This document shows, piece by piece, positions 28,901 through 33,088 of a stretch of DNA of 33,088 nt. The notes beneath the pieces were generated by a model, which saw nothing but the letters and a program-made list of their open reading frames with translations, was not told the origin of the DNA and did no database searches. The stretch's first letter is position 1; each line of letters begins with the position of its first letter. The stretch lies in contig JBDKSP010000043.1 of assembly GCA_039680575.1 (NCBI GenBank), forward strand, positions 1-33,088, in the 5' to 3' direction. A program made the position numbers and the translations under genes. This DNA comes from Armatimonadota bacterium. GTDB taxonomy: Bacteria > Armatimonadota > UBA5829 > DTLH01.

Positions 28901-29863
28901 ATCATCCATCACTCTTACATACTGCACTTTGGCAACATCGCCTGAAAAGTCATATGTCACCTTGGTCTTGATATGGTTGTTGCCGGTGACAGAGTCTATA
29001 AGACAGCCATTGTATGTATACGTAGTTACCGAAGGGTCTTCCGGGGTCTGTGAAGTGGTATCGACTATGGATACCTGTGTCGGCCACAACCCACCTTCTA
29101 TCAGCATATGAGCATTGCCATCAGGGTATGTGACGGATGAAAGCATCCCACTGGAGTCATATCCGTAACTATAGGTGCTGCCGTCCGGCAGTTCGACTGA
29201 TGTTGGCATACCATCCGGTATGGTATTCTGGCTGTCCCTATCGAGGGTATAAGTAGCAACTTTTCCCTGCGGATCGGTTATAGTCTCGGGCAGATGATAC
29301 TTGGCAACAGTCGACGAATCCCAAACCCTGGTATACGTCTTCTGGTCCAGATGAGAAAACGTCATCTGTTTACCGTTAGGCTCGGTTATGGTAGCTGTTG
29401 TTATCACTCCACCCACCAGATTGGTAGGCTGCATAACAAGCCCAGGTACCGTGTCAGATACCCACTGCTGGGATATGTCGCTTGTATTAGACGGTCTGAA
29501 CGTACATGCACCGTTTGCCATGTTCAGAGTGGCTTTGGTGTTACTTTCGATGTTGAGCCCTGAGACACCCTCCTGCTCAACATTCGCCCTTCTCTGGTTG
29601 GCAGATATAGGGAAACCTGGAATGCTAAAAGACGGGGTTGCCGTCCCTTTTGTTGCATCTACCACTATGGGTGATTCACTACTACCACCATTGCAACTGC
29701 TACAACCAGTTACTTTATCGGGTTCACTGCTTATTTTATCATTGCAGCACAAAGGGCAGAATGGATACTCCCAAAAGTACGGATATGCAAAGCAGCTTTT
29801 AAGCCCTGTTGAGAAAAGCACGACTGTTGCTGCTGCAGCGAGTGCTATCTTACGTAGTTTCAT
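25985..29863 (-). CDS. Secreted Rhs/YD-repeat protein with Rhs core and a 180-aa C-terminal HExxH tip
   Basis: Signal peptide; YD repeats; YHFDGLGST, YSYDAWGN, RYYDPSTGRFTQPDP..WTDPTGL; LIHEAVH in the tip; AGGAGG RBS. Confidence 0.92.
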   Translation of the reverse strand: MKLRKIALAAAATVVLFSTGLKSCFAYPYFWEYPFCPLCCNDKISSEPDKVTGCSSCNGGSSESPIVVDATKGTATPSFSIPGFPISANQRRANVEQEGVSGLNIESNTKATLNMANGACTFRPSNTSDISQQWVSDTVPGLVMQPTNLVGGVITTATITEPNGKQMTFSHLDQKTYTRVWDSSTVAKYHLPETITDPQGKVATYTLDRDSQNTIPDGMPTSVELPDGSTYSYGYDSSGMLSSVTYPDGNAHMLIEGGLWPTQVSIVDTTSQTPEDPSVTTYTYNGCLIDSVTGNNHIKTKVTYDFSGDVAKVQYVRVMDDPDYVAAHPSEYPQFYTPQVYSQTKYSYDTVDIDDDDIADYGRTTIRQCASTGSVDYPGWDSDWADKIVEHWYYRDAQGNNSFIYKKVALVYENFQLVPLHTTVYNRNMTTPGNWNYGNIASAVSIDYENDLTKRREKTTTYDYYDPDLEYDVTTSPDSAPYDEVISGGVAGNGMLRQATLTINSTSFSTANNYKVLDGVMTSFTTIEKDYKGKTAKYVVNADGSTAEVWHEVDSQLVKTGSYTYYTTPDTHKGMLHTSTVYGVATQGTNKDQVTTYSYSYLGGTLTTTATCEGKTTESCYDALGQLMWSEDEHDRRTNYDYDWKGRSTTTTYPLVTGESTRKTRVNDYGGCCYLTSVTDEEGNAVHYGYNTKGTMIKQWADVTGQSEQTPLVEYDYSGVFGRLVNITTRKNSTDTAVINYEYDDLGRVDKINYYPQGMEATLGSEEYLYDQYGRLAAVKDGDGKIAAYEYDYLDRVVKIDYNYLGTFALPIAIPASDPDGSIVSYTYDDSVIPTDRVATVTEVIDTQSVTSSYSYDGQGRLISYTPALPAGYGSITYTWGLQGQKTSMTVPMGNSSAKRYTYHYDREGKQIGMNTEIVTCTSNPTLSAGTSDTNTRFFYNNSRNRVKLITKSGSAYYFVYDPTASIPAVVYEATGTTAYMNTREPSGALISREKYVSGVYQYSRTYHFDGLGSTIALTDENGVTTDTYSYDAWGNVTHTSGTTADNPYQYVGKLGYYTHYQEPTLNLLQLGVRYYDPSTGRFTQPDPAKDGNNYYIYSGSSPIIWTDPTGLYIKGNGAASCGTLPKLIKKASDILNNNATCIAALTKYGGTHNGFTACMKMAFKDNGQPPLIEVDTNQILDAKNNPAGLTDPSRDAIIVKSNGLELSTLIHEAVHYCRFKQKLFITDAEVQAAGWWNQYKIDYPDRAKAIQDGIWTCDHYCHRTWGKQTDPYPYIYEEMKAEDITHACMGN

Positions 29864-29881
29864 GTTTTTGAACCTCCTTTC

Positions 29882-32566
29882 CTACTGTCCCGACGCCGTC
29901 GAGAGCAAGCCTCTGGAGTCGTAGGTATATGTTCTACTGGTAACATCGTTCTTCTTTACCTCAAGCAGGTTGCCTGCTCCCGGTGTATAGGGATTGACGG
30001 CGTAGCGGTAGGTGTATGTATCGCTGCCGCTGGTCCGTTCGGTCAGCATGTCCACGATGCTGTAGTCCCAGGCTCCACCGTTGTACTTTGAAAACAGGTT
30101 GCCTACCCAGTCATAGCTGTAGTTTGTGCTTGCTGCCGATGTGAGTCTGTTGACGACATCGTAGGTGTAGACGGTCGAGAGATTGGCCTCGTCGTTGTCC
30201 AGCCACGTCTTGACCCTGTTGCCTACTCCGTCGAGGTTATAGTTGACCTGCTTGAACATCGAGAACTGGCTGCTGACCAACCTCTGATGCTCTACTTCCT
30301 TCAGTCTGTATCTCTCGTCATAGGTGTAGATGGTCCTGGTCCCGTTGGGATTTACGACTGTCCTGTTACCGGTTGAGTCATAGGTATATGCCGTCACTAC
30401 TCCTATTAACAGTGCATCTGCGTTTGTGTCCTGTGCTTCATTACCTGCCATATCCATTCCGGTTATGACGATTGTCGCCAGACCTACAGGATCAGTTGAC
30501 AATACAGTGTAGGTGCAGGTGTAGTTGAGCCCGTTATGACTAAGATTCGCGGCGCTGTTTCCATTCACTGTCACAGCAGGGTTTTCCTTAAGCTCCTCTG
30601 ATGCTGTGAATGTGATGGTTGTTGTCTGGCGTGAAGAATCGCCATACTTTATTGTAGTCGGATTTGCTGCGATATCTGTAAATGCAGGCGCCGTCCTGTC
30701 CGCAGGGATGATTAGGGTGAGGTTGGGCAAATTGGAATAGACTAAATACATCCGCCCCGGCTCAAGATATGCACTTCCATTACTCCCAGTAGGGTCTACA
30801 TAGTACGTGCTTCCTGTTTGGGCAACATAATATGTCCAATTGTCATCAATCCATCCTTCAGTAATTGCATCCTGAACTGACAACGTATCCATCCCATTAG
30901 TAACCTTTATATCGGTCCAAAGAACCTTATGATTGAGAGGATGGCCTATCCAAGTAGCACCTGCCTGATATTCAATATAACTAGAAAGATTTATGGCCAT
31001 ATCAGTGATTAGTCCGTTGCTACCTCTTAATCCATCAGGATAACCTGCATAATTCACCTGACACTGCTGAGTGACAGAAGCCTTATATCCATCTCCAAGC
31101 AACATCCCGCCAAAGCCCTCCGGATAATCTTCGTCATATATTACAAGACCATTCGTCAGGGAGTTCCAGCGATAAAGACAACCATTCGGGTTATATGGAA
31201 ACACTGCTGCCGGGTCAGAATTGAGCGGGGCACAAGACAATGAAATCCAGTTGGTTATACTACTGCCGTAATATAGTGTAAAGCTTACGGATTCTCCTGT
31301 CGTTACTTCGGTTATATCCGATGCACTGCGTGTAAGAATGAGCCTTTCTAAATTACCTGATCCATTCTCAAAACAAGAGCTTATTCCTGTTACGACCAGG
31401 TGGTCTCCTACAACAACTCCAGCGGGAGGTGTACACATCACCTTGATGCCTGTATTGTAGCTACCATCCTCCAAAGCTGACCCGTCATCTATGTAGAGGT
31501 AGTCTAAGCCGATAGCAGCTACATTGCCATAGGTCCTGATAAGCATGCCAATGTTGTTCCAAGCATAGACTTCCGTTATCCCCCTCTGTCCGCCACATCC
31601 GGGATCACAGTATTCGAAGTCTCCACCACCAACTGTCCGGTTGTTCATTCCAAGAGGAATAATAGTCCCGGTACCATCGATGGTTACTGTGGATGCTGTT
31701 ATGCACCTTTCATCATTTGAGTCAGTATCGATGACACCGACTATGTCTACCATATCGCCAACTGCTACTGCTGCAGTCGAATTAACCTTTATACCTGAGA
31801 ACCTGTCCTCGGACTCAATGTAAAAGTTGCCCGTAAAAGTCGCCGTGACTACTGCATTATTGACGATTACATCTGCATCATCCGGCATAAGTTTACAGAT
31901 TCCAACTGTTGTCCCGTAAATAGTTGAACAATCTTCCCATCCGAGTGGAGATCTGTTACAGGCATTATCCTCAGCAACAAGGTCAAAATAGTACATCCCT
32001 TCTCCGGCAGGAGGGACAAAGTTGAATGAACCAGGTGCCGATGATGCAATTGAAGCATAGTAGGTCCAAGTACCCTCTGTCCCCAATTTATACCAAAGCT
32101 CCACATGATGAACTCCGCTGCCATTATCGTAGCAACCATTGTAGTTCAGAGTAATTGTGCTGGAACTGTATGTATATCCATTCAATATACAGAGATCTGG
32201 ATTGGTAGTATCTAGCAGGATAGTGTCAGAGTAAGATGCAGATACCTCTCCAAGGTTGTTCTTGTACTGCGCGTAGACAGTCTTAGTCCCATCTCCTGAT
32301 GTAAGAATCCACCCAGACTTACTGGAAGAATAGGCTTCCCACTCGCTCCAGATGGAGTTGTTGTTACTAAAACGCATATGGGTGATTATTTCATTTGGAT
32401 CAGACGCAGATAATGGTGTAAGGTTAACTGATGCGGTATTTGTATATGGATCATTATTCTTTATACATATGGTCCCGGTTAGTGTTGCTGCACAGGGGTT
32501 TGCTGCAATTATAAAAATCACAAAAGTAAAAAGCGGTAATATGCATCGTCCAATAATTCTAAACAA
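29882..32566 (-). CDS. Secreted multidomain protein (Ig-like and OB-fold-like domains) ending in about 170 aa of YD repeats
   Basis: TTG start with AAAGGAG RBS; signal peptide; Ig-like GDGTKTVYAQY..LDTTNP and DMAGN; OB-like FYIESEDRFSGIKV..VGDMV; C-terminal YTYDSTGNR..YTYDSRGLL. Confidence 0.85.
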   Translation of the reverse strand: MFRIIGRCILPLFTFVIFIIAANPCAATLTGTICIKNNDPYTNTASVNLTPLSASDPNEIITHMRFSNNNSIWSEWEAYSSSKSGWILTSGDGTKTVYAQYKNNLGEVSASYSDTILLDTTNPDLCILNGYTYSSSTITLNYNGCYDNGSGVHHVELWYKLGTEGTWTYYASIASSAPGSFNFVPPAGEGMYYFDLVAEDNACNRSPLGWEDCSTIYGTTVGICKLMPDDADVIVNNAVVTATFTGNFYIESEDRFSGIKVNSTAAVAVGDMVDIVGVIDTDSNDERCITASTVTIDGTGTIIPLGMNNRTVGGGDFEYCDPGCGGQRGITEVYAWNNIGMLIRTYGNVAAIGLDYLYIDDGSALEDGSYNTGIKVMCTPPAGVVVGDHLVVTGISSCFENGSGNLERLILTRSASDITEVTTGESVSFTLYYGSSITNWISLSCAPLNSDPAAVFPYNPNGCLYRWNSLTNGLVIYDEDYPEGFGGMLLGDGYKASVTQQCQVNYAGYPDGLRGSNGLITDMAINLSSYIEYQAGATWIGHPLNHKVLWTDIKVTNGMDTLSVQDAITEGWIDDNWTYYVAQTGSTYYVDPTGSNGSAYLEPGRMYLVYSNLPNLTLIIPADRTAPAFTDIAANPTTIKYGDSSRQTTTITFTASEELKENPAVTVNGNSAANLSHNGLNYTCTYTVLSTDPVGLATIVITGMDMAGNEAQDTNADALLIGVVTAYTYDSTGNRTVVNPNGTRTIYTYDERYRLKEVEHQRLVSSQFSMFKQVNYNLDGVGNRVKTWLDNDEANLSTVYTYDVVNRLTSAASTNYSYDWVGNLFSKYNGGAWDYSIVDMLTERTSGSDTYTYRYAVNPYTPGAGNLLEVKKNDVTSRTYTYDSRGLLSTASGQ

Positions 32567-33088
32567 GGTAATCTCCTTTCTATATGCTACACTTGAAGAA
32601 ATGTTTGTTGATGTAATAGTTCAGGAAGATGCAATGAGGAGGAGGGCGAGAAGTGCCCACATCAGGCTGCCTCTGCTTTTGATGAGTGTTACTGTAACTA
32701 AAAGATATATTGCGCATCCTTACGCCCCTTTCCCGGAAATCTCCGGAGGATATGCCCCAAGTACTGCAAGGGCTGGTGATAACTCATCAGTTATGGCAGG
32801 GATGACGAAGTAGAGGGTAATCAAGTGGCGCCAGTAACACTTGGACCGGTCTTACACATCGTATTTCCCATCTTGGTACTACAACTTGCATAAGCCGATA
32901 CTACTGGCTCTTGAAAAGAATATCAGTCAGGCTGTCAGATGTCAAATTATATTAGCGGGAAATCAGGAGCATCGTTTTTAGACAGTGAGCTTGTATATGA
33001 TTATCGGGTGTATAGGATTGGTCTGGAAAAATGGCGGGATTGTTAGTATTGATACGAGAAAAAGGATGATTACGGGACTTCTATGCAG

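Noticed and set aside
29864..29881. The two YD-containing ORFs as one broken gene
   Set aside because: The second has its own AGGAGG RBS and signal peptide, and the repeat order is not collinear with a single Rhs
27059..30403. Programmed DNA rearrangement or intein splicing restoring a contiguous rhs
   Set aside because: No direct or inverted repeats at the junctions by eye, no intact recombinase and no Hint motifs, so trans-complementation is preferred, though unproven
32567..33088. Coding potential at the right end
   Set aside because: Only short frames with no recognisable motifs; a plus-strand frame open at the window edge cannot be judged

Overview
A 33 kb bacterial chromosomal window. 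Gene content (OB-fold/Ig-rich secreted proteins, a DUF1559-like helix, the style of the Rhs protein) suggests an Armatimonadota- or PVC-like lineage; this is inference. The left two-thirds (about 1-22.5 kb) is mostly core: tRNA-Gln(CTG), a secreted GH14/GH42-like hydrolase, comM/yifB, a CobB sirtuin, dxs, an M14 carboxypeptidase, a coupled CP-ATP-grasp ligase plus lysine 2,3-aminomutase pair, a 4-PDZ HtrA followed by two catalytically degenerate trypsin-like paralogues, a STAS anti-anti-sigma factor, lexA, a large serine recombinase remnant and ccmABCDEF (CxxxY-type CcmE). The right third (22.6-33 kb) is a more AT-rich minus-strand cluster of four secreted proteins centred on an Rhs/YD protein. 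The main observation is that this Rhs appears to lack an internal block of YD repeats, replaced by an 18-aa linker, while a matching block is the C-terminus of the upstream secreted multidomain protein: a candidate split, trans-complemented Rhs shell. Also notable are a candidate new SOS box (TAGAC-N4-GTCTA) in the lexA promoter spacer and two copies of a composite CGTC-REP/MITE-like element. All calls come from reading motifs by eye; no searches were run.
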